Sequence record: LT603033
Reading direction: 5' to 3' (one strand)
Length of the DNA stretch: 64,000 nucleotides
Source of the DNA: Escherichia phage vB_Eco_slurp01
The position numbers and the translations under genes are program-made. The first letter of the stretch is position 1, and each line of letters begins with the position of its first letter. This document shows, in pieces, positions 17,456 to 25,051 of the stretch. Below the pieces are notes generated by a model that was given only the letters and a program-made list of their open reading frames with translations, had not been told where the DNA came from and searched no databases.

Positions 17456-17483
17456 TTGCTAATAGTTTTTAAACGCGTATAAT
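17456..17483 (+). promoter_or_regulatory. Early promoter
   Basis: TTGCTA N16 TATAAT; hairpin GGGGAG-CGG-TTCCCC at 17494-17508. Confidence 0.6.
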
Positions 17484-17529
17484 GTTTTGCATAGGGGAGC
17501 GGTTCCCCTGGTAACTAAGGAATAAGAAA

Positions 17530-17766
17530 ATGCTTGAACAAATCAAATCAACGTCTGCTAATGTAACGGGAACGGTATCACACTTTATTGGTGATGAATC
17601 GCGGGGCGTTCCCTATTGTGCTGTACATGTAAACACTGAGGGTAACTACTGGTTTACGGTTTACGGATCATATTCATTTGGACGGCCAGGGCATCAAAAA
17701 ATTCTGGATAAAGTACAACCAACGGGTAAAAATATCACTGCCGAAATGTTTTATAAAAAATCATAA
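17530..17766 (+). CDS. Hypothetical early protein (78 aa)
   Basis: ORF track; TAAGGAATAAG RBS. Confidence 0.7.
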   Translation: MLEQIKSTSANVTGTVSHFIGDESRGVPYCAVHVNTEGNYWFTVYGSYSFGRPGHQKILDKVQPTGKNITAEMFYKKS

Positions 17767-17771
17767 AGTAC

Positions 17772-17799
17772 TTGATAATAGTTTTTAGTACTGTACAAT
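17772..17799 (+). promoter_or_regulatory. Early promoter
   Basis: TTGATA N16 TACAAT; hairpin GGGGGAG-CGG-TTCCCCC at 17814-17830. Confidence 0.6.
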
Positions 17800-17850
17800 A
17801 TTTTACATCGCACGGGGGAGCGGTTCCCCCTGGTAACTAAGGATAATCAA

Positions 17851-18150
17851 ATGAAAATTGCAATCATCGCCCTGGCTTTATCTGTTTCCTCTTTCGCTGT
17901 TAACGCGTCGTTAGATGTACCTAGTGAAAAATTCATTCAGTGTACTGTTGCGATGACAGATGAAAGTACTGGCGAGATTGTTTTAAAGGATTTAGAGATC
18001 CAGTCAGAAGCATTTAAAAGCGGCCCGTTCCATGAAGAAGACGAAAAAGGTAGCACGACAATTTATTACGATGTAAGTACTAAGCGTGGATCGGTCACGG
18101 TTATGGATACTGAGAAAGTAACGCACACCGGAGTAATTAACTGTTTATAA
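17851..18150 (+). CDS. Putative secreted/periplasmic small protein (99 aa)
   Basis: N-terminus MKIAIIALALSVSSFAVNA|S has signal-peptide character (basic n-region, hydrophobic core, AxA site). Confidence 0.7.
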   Translation: MKIAIIALALSVSSFAVNASLDVPSEKFIQCTVAMTDESTGEIVLKDLEIQSEAFKSGPFHEEDEKGSTTIYYDVSTKRGSVTVMDTEKVTHTGVINCL

Positions 18151-18167
18151 TATAGTACTGAATCACT

Positions 18168-18196
18168 AGCCCACCTTAAACAGTGGGCTTTTTTGT
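18168..18196 (+). terminator. Intrinsic terminator
   Basis: AGCCCAC-CTTAAACA-GTGGGCT + TTTTTT; identical copy at 18894. Confidence 0.8.
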
Positions 18197-18238
18197 TTTG
18201 TAGTACTGCATACTTTAAAAATAGTTTTAAAAAAGTAG

Positions 18239-18266
18239 TTGACATTACCACAAAAAGGCGTAGAAT
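18239..18266 (+). promoter_or_regulatory. Early promoter with long structured leader
   Basis: TTGACA N16 TAGAAT; ~110-nt leader 18275-18385 related to 15966 element. Confidence 0.65.
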
Positions 18267-18389
18267 GTATTACATCAAGACGGGGAGCACTAAGTAGACC
18301 GCCAGTAAGTCGAACGAAAAACTGGACACGTCGATAAAACTTTGATACACTAATAAACGTAAACTAAACTTTAATTGAGGATTTATAAA

Positions 18390-18872
18390 ATGGCTAATGT
18401 AAAATCATTCCTGAAAGCACTGATTTCAAACGATACTGTTATTGCTGCTGAATTGCTGGCTGAACTGGATAACGATACAATGAAAGCGGTACGCAACAAT
18501 TTTAACATTGCGTACAGTGAAGCTAAAGAACTGCAAGCCAAAAAGGTAGCAGAACTGGAAGAACAGAAAAAAGCCCGTGAAGCAGAACTACAAGCAACAA
18601 TTGAAAGTATTCAGGCGGCAGTGTCTGGATTGGATCTGGAAGTGGTTGTAGAAATGGCACATAAAGCCCTGGCGGTTAAGTACGGTGAAGATAAGCCGGA
18701 ATCTAAACCTAAAAAATGGATTCAAGAACGTGTTACTGTAGTACTTGATAACGGTGAAGAACATTTGATTCCTGTACGCGGTAACTGCATTGCGGTAGTA
18801 CTGGACGCTATCAAAGAAAGCGGTATGACTCGCGAGGAATGGATCGAAGCTCATCGCAAAGTTGAAGCATAA
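18390..18872 (+). CDS. Hypothetical protein with predicted coiled-coil N-terminal half (160 aa)
   Basis: ORF 18375..18872 trimmed to MANVKSF after GAGGA RBS. Confidence 0.7.
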   Translation: MANVKSFLKALISNDTVIAAELLAELDNDTMKAVRNNFNIAYSEAKELQAKKVAELEEQKKAREAELQATIESIQAAVSGLDLEVVVEMAHKALAVKYGEDKPESKPKKWIQERVTVVLDNGEEHLIPVRGNCIAVVLDAIKESGMTREEWIEAHRKVEA

Positions 18873-18893
18873 CAATTAAAGTACTGAATCAAT

Positions 18894-18921
18894 AGCCCAC
18901 CTTAAACAGTGGGCTTTTTTG
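18894..18921 (+). terminator. Intrinsic terminator (duplicate of 18168)
   Basis: Same hairpin + T-run. Confidence 0.8.
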
Positions 18922-19074
18922 TGTCTATAGTATTCCAGTCCACTAGCACCGCCTAGAATCGATTCTAACGCATTAAACTGATTATCTGATACATCGCCCT
19001 AGCTGGTGGCGTTAAGGTCGTTAGAAAGCGATTGAGAGTGTTTAAAGTATTTTGCAAAAAGTAATAAAAAGTAC

Positions 19075-19102
19075 TTGCATGATTAAGAGATTAGCGTATA
19101 AT
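19075..19102 (+). promoter_or_regulatory. Early promoter
   Basis: TTGCAT N16 TATAAT; hairpin ~19115-19132. Confidence 0.65.
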
Positions 19103-19156
19103 GTTTTACATCGAAAGGGGAAACGGTTCTCCTTCCAAATCAAAGGAATCAAAACA

Positions 19157-19384
19157 ATGGCTATTATCATTACTCGCGTATCTGGTACTACTGGCAATTC
19201 TTCTACTGTTGCAGTCATTACTAACAAGGCAGGTGCGGAATTGCAAAATGCAATGAATACCTGGGCCGTTAATGAGTTCGGTCAGTGGGCAAGTGTAGCA
19301 TACATTGAAACCTATCAAGTGCCGACCATTAGTTTAACGGATCTTGGTGTGGAACGTATCCTTTGCTTGGATGAATTAAATTAA
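19157..19384 (+). CDS. Hypothetical early protein (75 aa)
   Basis: ORF 19052..19384 trimmed to MAIIITRV after AAAGGAAT RBS. Confidence 0.65.
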   Translation: MAIIITRVSGTTGNSSTVAVITNKAGAELQNAMNTWAVNEFGQWASVAYIETYQVPTISLTDLGVERILCLDELN

Positions 19385-19392
19385 AAAAGTAC

Positions 19393-19420
19393 TTGCAAAG
19401 TAAATCGAATAAAGTATAAT
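19393..19420 (+). promoter_or_regulatory. Early promoter
   Basis: TTGCAA N16 TATAAT; hairpin GGGGAGAA-ATGA-TTCTCCCC at 19433-19452. Confidence 0.7.
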
Positions 19421-19469
19421 ACATTACATCAAGGGGAGAAATGATTCTCCCCACTACAAGGAAACTAAT

Positions 19470-19613
19470 ATGAAAACTTGTCAATGTGGTAAAAAATCTA
19501 TTACTGGTTTAAAGCGGGGCGTTGCTCTTTGCCAGTACCATTATAATTTACAAGTATGGGGTAAAGAATGGGCCGACCAGGTGGAAGCAATTAAGAAAGC
19601 AAAAAGTAAGTAA
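19470..19613 (+). CDS. Small Cys/His-containing protein (47 aa), possible zinc ribbon
   Basis: Own translation MKTCQCGKKSITGLKRGVALCQYHYNLQVWGKEW...; below ORF-track cutoff. Confidence 0.45.
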   Translation: MKTCQCGKKSITGLKRGVALCQYHYNLQVWGKEWADQVEAIKKAKSK

Positions 19614-19632
19614 AAATATTATCACAGTACTA

Positions 19633-19661
19633 TTGACATAGTTTGATAGTACTGGCATAAT
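19633..19661 (+). promoter_or_regulatory. Early promoter (class without downstream hairpin)
   Basis: TTGACA N17 CATAAT. Confidence 0.7.
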
Positions 19662-19702
19662 AGATTTTATCAAGACAACATATTAATTTAAGGAATACTA
19701 AA

Positions 19703-20026
19703 ATGGCTAAAACTATCATTAACACCGTTTCCCTGGCTGCAATCCGTGCAATCAATGTTGACGGTAAACGTTGGACTGATTCATATGGCAATACTTATCA
19801 TTCTTGTCATGTAAGCGTCGAACTGGATAACGGTTTGAATGTTCTGGCGGTTGAATCATTTACTTATGGCTATGAAGATGCATATCAACAAACGGCGTTA
19901 GATCTATTAAAGGAATCAGTAGACGGGCTTAATACTGATGAAACCTCCCTTACTCGTTTGTGCAATGATCTTAATATCCCGTTGCATTGTACTGTACAGA
20001 ATGTTAAACGCAAAAAAGATCTTTAA
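19703..20026 (+). CDS. Hypothetical early protein (107 aa); paralog of 26137..26460
   Basis: ORF track; shared RWTDSxGNTYHSC...FTYGY...VKRKKD. Confidence 0.75.
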   Translation: MAKTIINTVSLAAIRAINVDGKRWTDSYGNTYHSCHVSVELDNGLNVLAVESFTYGYEDAYQQTALDLLKESVDGLNTDETSLTRLCNDLNIPLHCTVQNVKRKKDL

Positions 20027-20106
20027 TTAGCTTTACTTTATGCAGATACTTTGATATAGTGTCTGCATAGGGGAAAGAAATTAAATTAACTTAAGAGGAT
20101 CGTATA

Positions 20107-20376
20107 ATGAAAAATATCAGTACTTTAATCGATGCAGGTACACATGTTCGGCGGTCTATGGTTGCAACCAGTACTACAAAACAAGTAGCAAGCGGTTATC
20201 TTGTATTTGTGCACGATGGTAAACTCCTGGAACGTTCAATCAATTTTGATGTTAAAAACAATTGCCGTTTTATTATCTTTAAGCGTGAACAATATAAAAT
20301 TGATTTGCCAGCGAAGCCCATTAGCGGGGCGTACAACGTGCAATCATTGTTTGAGCGTCAACCATACACCTATTGA
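20107..20376 (+). CDS. Hypothetical protein (89 aa)
   Basis: ORF track; AAGAGGA RBS. Confidence 0.65.
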   Translation: MKNISTLIDAGTHVRRSMVATSTTKQVASGYLVFVHDGKLLERSINFDVKNNCRFIIFKREQYKIDLPAKPISGAYNVQSLFERQPYTY

Positions 20377-20427
20377 TCAAATCATCGTTAGTGGTCGATT
20401 TAGGCCGCTTATATTGGGGATTATACC

Positions 20428-20700
20428 ATGAACGTTAATCAAGTACTAAATGAAGTTGAAAGCATCATTAAACCAATGAAACGTATTGATGCAATGCTAA
20501 CACCGGAAGAATGCCGCCTTTATGAGCGTTACAGCGTCGAACAAGTCCAGGCGATGGCTATGGCTACCCCTGCCGTTAAACAGCCTGAGAATGCGTTACA
20601 GGACGTTACAGGGGATTATATCATTAATCCAGTACTAGGGAAGATTACACCAATCACCGAAGAAGAAAAAGACTACTTAAGCCAGTACTTAAAAGGTTAA
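20428..20700 (+). CDS. Hypothetical protein (90 aa)
   Basis: ORF track. Confidence 0.6.
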   Translation: MNVNQVLNEVESIIKPMKRIDAMLTPEECRLYERYSVEQVQAMAMATPAVKQPENALQDVTGDYIINPVLGKITPITEEEKDYLSQYLKG

Positions 20701-20705
20701 TTAAT

Positions 20706-20915
20706 ATGCTTACTGTACAGGATAAGATCGACATCTTAAAGGTTAATATGTATGTGATTGATGCAGATCCTGAAAAAGTATTTGCATACGATGATTCTAA
20801 TCGTAGTCCTTTTTATTGTAGTCATGTAGTTGGATACGTGCCGTTAGCGTATGTTATCGAAAGAGTGGTTGATTCAGCATACAAACATTTTTTAGAAAAT
20901 AATACTTGCAATTAG
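20706..20915 (+). CDS. Hypothetical protein (69 aa)
   Basis: ORF track; stop lies inside the next promoter. Confidence 0.55.
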   Translation: MLTVQDKIDILKVNMYVIDADPEKVFAYDDSNRSPFYCSHVVGYVPLAYVIERVVDSAYKHFLENNTCN

Positions 20916-20933
20916 TTTTTAGTACTGTATAAT
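20906..20933 (+). promoter_or_regulatory. Early promoter
   Basis: TTGCAA N16 TATAAT; hairpin ~20946-20967. Confidence 0.7.
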
Positions 20934-20984
20934 AGTTTACATGAAGTGGAGAAATAGTTCTCCCCACTAATTAAGGAATATGAA

Positions 20985-21131
20985 ATGAAAGCATCAAAAA
21001 AGAGTACTAATAAGAAAGCACGTTCAACTTTAGATGGGGTATTCCCTTTGCGTTTTGTGGATGAAGTGGTTTCCTACCCGCTGGGGCTTACTCCTGAGAT
21101 GGTAGAAAGTTTACGTAAATCTAAAAAATAA
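20985..21131 (+). CDS. Hypothetical small basic protein (48 aa)
   Basis: Own translation MKASKKSTNKKARSTLDGVFPLRF...; below ORF-track cutoff. Confidence 0.45.
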   Translation: MKASKKSTNKKARSTLDGVFPLRFVDEVVSYPLGLTPEMVESLRKSKK

Positions 21132-21134
21132 TAC

Positions 21135-21162
21135 TTGCAATTAGTTTTTAGTACTGTATAAT
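21135..21162 (+). promoter_or_regulatory. Early promoter
   Basis: TTGCAA N16 TATAAT; hairpin 21175-21194. Confidence 0.7.
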
Positions 21163-21212
21163 AGTTTACATGAAGGGGAGAAATGATTCTCCCCAAGAAC
21201 AGGAGAAATAAA

Positions 21213-21365
21213 ATGAAACAATATAATGCTCGGTTTGATGTTACTATCGGTAACGGTAAAGGTCAATTTTCTTTCAGTACTCGACGCAGTTATACAGAAA
21301 ACTTCCTGCGTAATTGTGCACTGACCGCCGCTCAAATTAAACATTATTTTCAGGCTAAAAAATGA
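21213..21365 (+). CDS. Hypothetical small protein (50 aa)
   Basis: ORF 21183..21365 trimmed to MKQYNARF after AGGAGAAA RBS. Confidence 0.55.
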   Translation: MKQYNARFDVTIGNGKGQFSFSTRRSYTENFLRNCALTAAQIKHYFQAKK

Positions 21366-21451
21366 AATCATTAGCTTATTACAGTTCGGCCCTGGTCGTT
21401 GCATTGATCGCGGCGTTGTTAGTAACCTATCTATTCTTTATGGTGATTTAA
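21362..21451 (+). CDS. Tiny hydrophobic peptide (29 aa), predicted single transmembrane helix
   Basis: Own translation MKSLAYYSSALVVALIAALLVTYLFFMVI; ATGA coupling. Confidence 0.35.
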   Translation: MKSLAYYSSALVVALIAALLVTYLFFMVI

Positions 21452-21589
21452 ATGAATCCTAACGGTATAATTTACAGTACTCCTAAAACGAAAGCAGACA
21501 AGGTAAACGCTAAAAAAGCGAAAGTAAAGGAGTACATCAAGCAAGGCATGACGCGAAAGGCGGCGATTCTAAAAGCTAAAAATAAATGA
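21452..21589 (+). CDS. Small basic protein (45 aa)
   Basis: Own translation MNPNGIIYSTPKTKADKVNAKKAKVKEYIKQGMTRKAAILKAKNK. Confidence 0.4.
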   Translation: MNPNGIIYSTPKTKADKVNAKKAKVKEYIKQGMTRKAAILKAKNK

Positions 21590-21595
21590 AAAAAG

Positions 21596-21720
21596 TGGTT
21601 GACTTCGGTCAGCCATTTTGCTATTATATATTCATTGAGAGATAGCTCACTAGCCCACAGGGTGCAGGAGTGTATCTATTGTATAATGTTTGAGTACTGA
21701 AAACTATTTTTAAAAAAGTA
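21596..21720 (+). repeat. Repeated intergenic module (hairpin overlapping TTGACT-N17-TATTAT promoter + CCCACAGGGTGC motif), copy 1
   Basis: Other copies at 25196-25320, 28463-28600, 30726-30870. Confidence 0.7.
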
Positions 21721-21721
21721 C

Positions 21722-21749
21722 TTGAAAACTATCTCAATTGGCGTATAAT
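21722..21749 (+). promoter_or_regulatory. Early promoter
   Basis: TTGAAA N16 TATAAT; hairpin 21764-21780. Confidence 0.65.
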
Positions 21750-21800
21750 GTTTTACATCGCAAGGGGAAACGGTTTCCCCTGGTAATAAGGAAACGAATC

Positions 21801-22142
21801 ATGACTATCTCAATTGCTCAATCTAACTTTGAAAATGAAATCATCGCCCAGGTACTGCGTTTAAATGATGGTCGGGCCGAAATTAATTACGGTTTCAATT
21901 CAGGCGGTTGTGAAAACTATCAGTACTTTGTAACGGCTGATGGCGGTGTCCTGGGCATCAATACAGTTATTGTAAACATCCAAAAAATTAATTTCAATGA
22001 TCCAGACGATAGCCAGTTTTACATCACTGGCGTAGACGTGAACTATGAGGATGACTCACTAACTGATGATTACACTGGTGAGCGGTTAGAAAGTGCTTAT
22101 GGTGAAGATGATTATCAGTCAGTACCGGAAGATTTCGAATAA
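21801..22142 (+). CDS. Hypothetical early protein (113 aa)
   Basis: ORF 21738..22142 trimmed to MTISIAQ after AAGGAAAC RBS. Confidence 0.7.
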   Translation: MTISIAQSNFENEIIAQVLRLNDGRAEINYGFNSGGCENYQYFVTADGGVLGINTVIVNIQKINFNDPDDSQFYITGVDVNYEDDSLTDDYTGERLESAYGEDDYQSVPEDFE

Positions 22143-22155
22143 TATAAAAAATAGT

Positions 22156-22183
22156 TTGACAATAGATTATAGTACTGTATAAT
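22156..22183 (+). promoter_or_regulatory. Early promoter
   Basis: TTGACA N16 TATAAT; hairpin GGGGAGAA-TAG-TTCTCCCC at 22196-22214. Confidence 0.7.
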
Positions 22184-22234
22184 AGTTTACATCAAGGGGA
22201 GAATAGTTCTCCCCACTAACAGAGAAAAAACAAA

Positions 22235-22447
22235 ATGGCTAATATCCGCACTGTACTGAAAAATGCAAAACAAGTTTTATTTTCTGATCATGATACTTTC
22301 AACAAGGATATTACTGGCGTTCGGAATATCAAAGATGTAAAAAGTGTTATGGGTATCTATTGCAATATGAAACGTGTTGGAACGTTCGGCGACAAAGTAC
22401 TATACCAGGCAGGGGATTACAATTTTACACTGACTATCATTAACTAA
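22235..22447 (+). CDS. Hypothetical early protein (70 aa)
   Basis: ORF track. Confidence 0.7.
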   Translation: MANIRTVLKNAKQVLFSDHDTFNKDITGVRNIKDVKSVMGIYCNMKRVGTFGDKVLYQAGDYNFTLTIIN

Positions 22448-22466
22448 AAATATTATCACAGTACTA

Positions 22467-22495
22467 TTGACATAGTTTGATAGTACTGACATAAT
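22467..22495 (+). promoter_or_regulatory. Early promoter (no-hairpin class)
   Basis: TTGACA N17 CATAAT. Confidence 0.7.
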
Positions 22496-22530
22496 AAGTT
22501 TTATCAACTACACTACTAAGGAATTAAAAA

Positions 22531-22710
22531 ATGGCTATCATCGCAAAAACTGAAATCATCGGCCTGGATTCTATCATCATGACGTTTGAAGATCAAAAAG
22601 GTATGTATGTGGTTTCCTATGGTGATTATGTTCGGGAGTATGAAACGGTAGACGAAGCCTTTGAAAGTTACATTCGCCAGGTGAATAAAGCATACGACGA
22701 CTACCGCTAA
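22531..22710 (+). CDS. Hypothetical small protein (59 aa)
   Basis: Own translation MAIIAKTEIIGLDSIIMTFEDQKG...; AAGGAATT RBS. Confidence 0.5.
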   Translation: MAIIAKTEIIGLDSIIMTFEDQKGMYVVSYGDYVREYETVDEAFESYIRQVNKAYDDYR

Positions 22711-22737
22711 AATATATTACCAGTACTATTAAAGATA

Positions 22738-22765
22738 TTGACAACGTTTGATAGTACTGTATAAT
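22738..22765 (+). promoter_or_regulatory. Early promoter
   Basis: TTGACA N16 TATAAT. Confidence 0.7.
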
Positions 22766-22808
22766 AAGTTTTATCAACAGTAGTTAACTTAACCTAAGAG
22801 AGAAACAA

Positions 22809-22913
22809 AATGATCGCACTGGATTCATTCATCGACGCAGTACTGGCAAAAACTGGCGAGGATCTGACCGCAGAACAATACGCAATGATCGAGCAATGCC
22901 AGCAAGACGGTAA
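22809..22913 (+). CDS. Short ORF (34 aa) with a more protein-like continuation in the +1 frame to 22953; possible frameshifted gene
   Basis: ATG after AAGAGAGA RBS; GGG run at 22859-22861 shifts frame. Confidence 0.3.
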   Translation, partial: NDRTGFIHRRSTGKNWRGSDRRTIRNDRAMPARR

Positions 22914-22959
22914 ATCGGTGAAAGATACTGTTAAGATTATCCGCAAGATGTAAGATTAT

Positions 22960-22990
22960 AGCCCACTGGTTAACGCTGGTGGGCTTTAAT
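22960..22990 (+). terminator. Putative terminator
   Basis: AGCCCAC...GTGGGCT stem then T-rich; stem includes a Chi octamer. Confidence 0.5.
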
Positions 22991-23058
22991 TCATTACCCT
23001 ATACAATGCCAGTACTAAACCGTTTATCTCCTTAGAATGCGTTACAGGACGTTTGACA

Positions 23059-23256
23059 ATGATTAGCATGAAATCAGTACAAAAACAAATAGAAACATTA
23101 TCAAAAATTAAACGTAAACAGTACTCGTTAGAATATACAATCAATGGTAACTATCATCTAATGAAAGAGAATAATTTCATTGTCATTGATGAATCATTGC
23201 AAATCATTAGTATAGTACTGAAAGCATTAATCAATGACAGAAAAAAATTAAAATAA
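23059..23256 (+). CDS. Hypothetical protein (66 aa)
   Basis: ORF track (TTG start at 23053) trimmed to first ATG; no clear promoter. Confidence 0.45.
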   Translation: MISMKSVQKQIETLSKIKRKQYSLEYTINGNYHLMKENNFIVIDESLQIISIVLKALINDRKKLK

Positions 23257-23260
23257 TATA

Positions 23261-23289
23261 TTGACAATATCCTCCAGTACTGGCATAAT
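23261..23289 (+). promoter_or_regulatory. Promoter followed by ~290-bp non-coding leader
   Basis: TTGACA N17 CATAAT. Confidence 0.65.
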
Positions 23290-23587
23290 ACTTACATCAA
23301 GACGAGAACGTCACTAACCCATAGGGTGCACAAATGTAACTGTATAATATTGATCAAAAAATGATCTGATCAATACTTGATCAATTTGCGTAAAGTAGTA
23401 TAATTCTATGCAGTTGGTTAGACGAAAGGTTATGATTAGTAGTGCAAGTGTATAAAAATTTTCATGGTGTATCGTTTCGCACATATGGGGATGAATATGT
23501 GGTATCATGTGGATTGGAAAAAGTAAGAACAAGTAATATTATTGTCGCATTACAGTACTATAGTATTTTTATAATGAGGTTAAAATA
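23290..23587 (+). ncRNA. Candidate non-coding RNA or long leader with clustered TGATCA/GATC
   Basis: No plus-strand ORF; TTGATCAA x3 + GATCTGATCAA within 23340-23395. Confidence 0.3.
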
Positions 23588-23845
23588 ATGGCTGTAGGAT
23601 TCGCGAAAGATGGGGCCGAACAAGACGAGATTAACGCAGTGATTCAGGCCGCCGTTAACCACGCTAGAAAGCAAATTAACGCACAAATAGAATCACTGAT
23701 ACATTGCCTCGACTGCGGCGATATAATCCCTGAGAAACGACGCCAGGCCGTTAAGGGGTGTAAGTACTGCATAACTTGCCAGGAGGATCATGATAGTACT
23801 TTTAAACGTCCCCCGCGTAATTGTTGGCATAGATCTATGAGATAA
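23588..23845 (+). CDS. TraR/DksA-family C4 zinc-finger protein (85 aa)
   Basis: CLDCGDIIPEKRRQAVKGCKYC fits C-x2-C-x3-I-P-x2-R...C-x2-C signature. Confidence 0.6.
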   Translation: MAVGFAKDGAEQDEINAVIQAAVNHARKQINAQIESLIHCLDCGDIIPEKRRQAVKGCKYCITCQEDHDSTFKRPPRNCWHRSMR

Positions 23846-23851
23846 AAAGTA

Positions 23852-23880
23852 TTGACAGTACTATCCAGTAGTGTTATAGT
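23852..23880 (+). promoter_or_regulatory. Early promoter
   Basis: TTGACA N17 TATAGT; hairpin GGGGAA-ACATC-TTCCCC at 23892-23908. Confidence 0.65.
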
Positions 23881-23926
23881 ACTTACATCAAGGGGAAACA
23901 TCTTCCCCTACTAAGAGGAAATGAAA

Positions 23927-24115
23927 ATGGAAAACTTATCAAGTATTTTAGTACAAGATGATTTCGGTAATCCTGGAAGTGCTATCATTGTTCGGGGTAA
24001 TAAAGCAACATTTGTTATTGCTGGTGGACCTGTACAGCGTAGCATTAAAAATAATGCTGTTACCATTAATAATGTACGCTATCGCTTAGATAAAGAATTG
24101 ATTCATAAACTGTAA
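23927..24115 (+). CDS. Hypothetical early protein (62 aa)
   Basis: ORF 23921..24115; second ATG has better RBS spacing. Confidence 0.6.
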   Translation: MENLSSILVQDDFGNPGSAIIVRGNKATFVIAGGPVQRSIKNNAVTINNVRYRLDKELIHKL

Positions 24116-24142
24116 TATTAATTTAATAGAGGATAACAATAA

Positions 24143-24466
24143 ATGTACATTCATACTACTATCACAAAGGAAGTCCGTTGCCAGTTCGAAAGTATTCCGG
24201 GCGTATGTTTCATCACTGGTACGTTTTCCCCTGGTGATCGTGATAATCCAGTACTGTTACAATTACGCCATCCATCATGGGATAAAGCATTTGATCTACC
24301 GTTGAATGAATTCGCAACTACTGCTGAAAAGTACATTAAAAATATTCGCGAGAATGATCGACTATTCATTAATGCTTTTAGTGATTCCGCGTTAAGCGAG
24401 ATCCACGGCGTATTGGTTGCAATCATGGAATCAATGGAGAAAACTAAATTCAAACAAGGTGAATAA
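24143..24466 (+). CDS. Hypothetical protein (107 aa)
   Basis: ORF track; GAGGATAA RBS. Confidence 0.65.
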   Translation: MYIHTTITKEVRCQFESIPGVCFITGTFSPGDRDNPVLLQLRHPSWDKAFDLPLNEFATTAEKYIKNIRENDRLFINAFSDSALSEIHGVLVAIMESMEKTKFKQGE

Positions 24467-24472
24467 AAACTA

Positions 24473-24500
24473 TTGACAAGATAATCTAGTACTGTATAAT
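24473..24500 (+). promoter_or_regulatory. Early promoter
   Basis: TTGACA N16 TATAAT; hairpin 24513-24532. Confidence 0.7.
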
Positions 24501-24549
24501 AAGTTACATGAAGGGGAGAAATGATTCTCCCCACTAAGAGGAAAGAAAA

Positions 24550-24762
24550 ATGCAAGGTCAACTAATCGTTCGTAAATGGTCTGATACTAACGAAAAACCG
24601 TGGGATGTACAATACATCGGACCGGATGGGGTATCACGTTATCAGCCAGGCGTAACGCATAGTACTGAGCAATATGCCGCCGCTCACCGCGAACGCCTGT
24701 TAGAATCCATGAAACAGGGATTCTGTGAAAAATTCATTCAAGATCATTGGCTGAAAGATTAA
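24550..24762 (+). CDS. Hypothetical early protein (70 aa)
   Basis: ORF track; AAGAGGAAAG RBS. Confidence 0.7.
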   Translation: MQGQLIVRKWSDTNEKPWDVQYIGPDGVSRYQPGVTHSTEQYAAAHRERLLESMKQGFCEKFIQDHWLKD

Positions 24763-24779
24763 TAGAAGGAGTACAGCTT

Positions 24780-24872
24780 ATGCAAATGAATCCGATGATT
24801 ATTGTTTTAGCTGTACTTATGATCATTCATGCAATAGTAGAAGTATTAACGCAATCAGGAGTAATAAAATGA
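24780..24872 (+). CDS. Tiny hydrophobic peptide (30 aa), predicted transmembrane
   Basis: Own translation MQMNPMIIVLAVLMIIHAIVEVLTQSGVIK; GAAGGAG RBS. Confidence 0.45.
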   Translation: MQMNPMIIVLAVLMIIHAIVEVLTQSGVIK

Positions 24873-25051
24873 TTCAAGTAGAATTATCAGTACTAAAAGA
24901 TCTGTTTTATCGGATTGGTACTACTGGCGAATATCCGAAGGGTGATAATGCAAAACTTTACGTATCACTCGACTTATGGCAACGCGAACAATTAGCAACG
25001 GCCTGGCGTAAAGGCAAAGCAGATAGCGAGGTGAAAGCATGAAAGAATTCT
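24869..25051 (+). CDS. Hypothetical small protein (60 aa)
   Basis: Own translation MIQVELSVLKDLFYRIGTTGEYPKG...; ATGA overlap. Confidence 0.45.

Noticed and set aside
12130-19030. Possible tRNA or tmRNA genes in the non-coding stretches (for example 12130-12240, 18920-19050)
   Set aside because: Hairpins are present, but no T-loop-like GTTC(G/A)AWYC consensus with correctly spaced acceptor-stem complementarity could be found by eye; not callable without a tRNA scanner.
20201-20431. 76-aa ORF overlapping 20107..20376 in another frame
   Set aside because: No RBS, overlaps a better-supported gene, and its sequence is low-complexity.
23314-23532. 72-aa minus-strand ORF in the long leader
   Set aside because: His- and Ile-rich low-complexity translation of an AT-rich non-coding region on the strand opposite to all local transcription signals.
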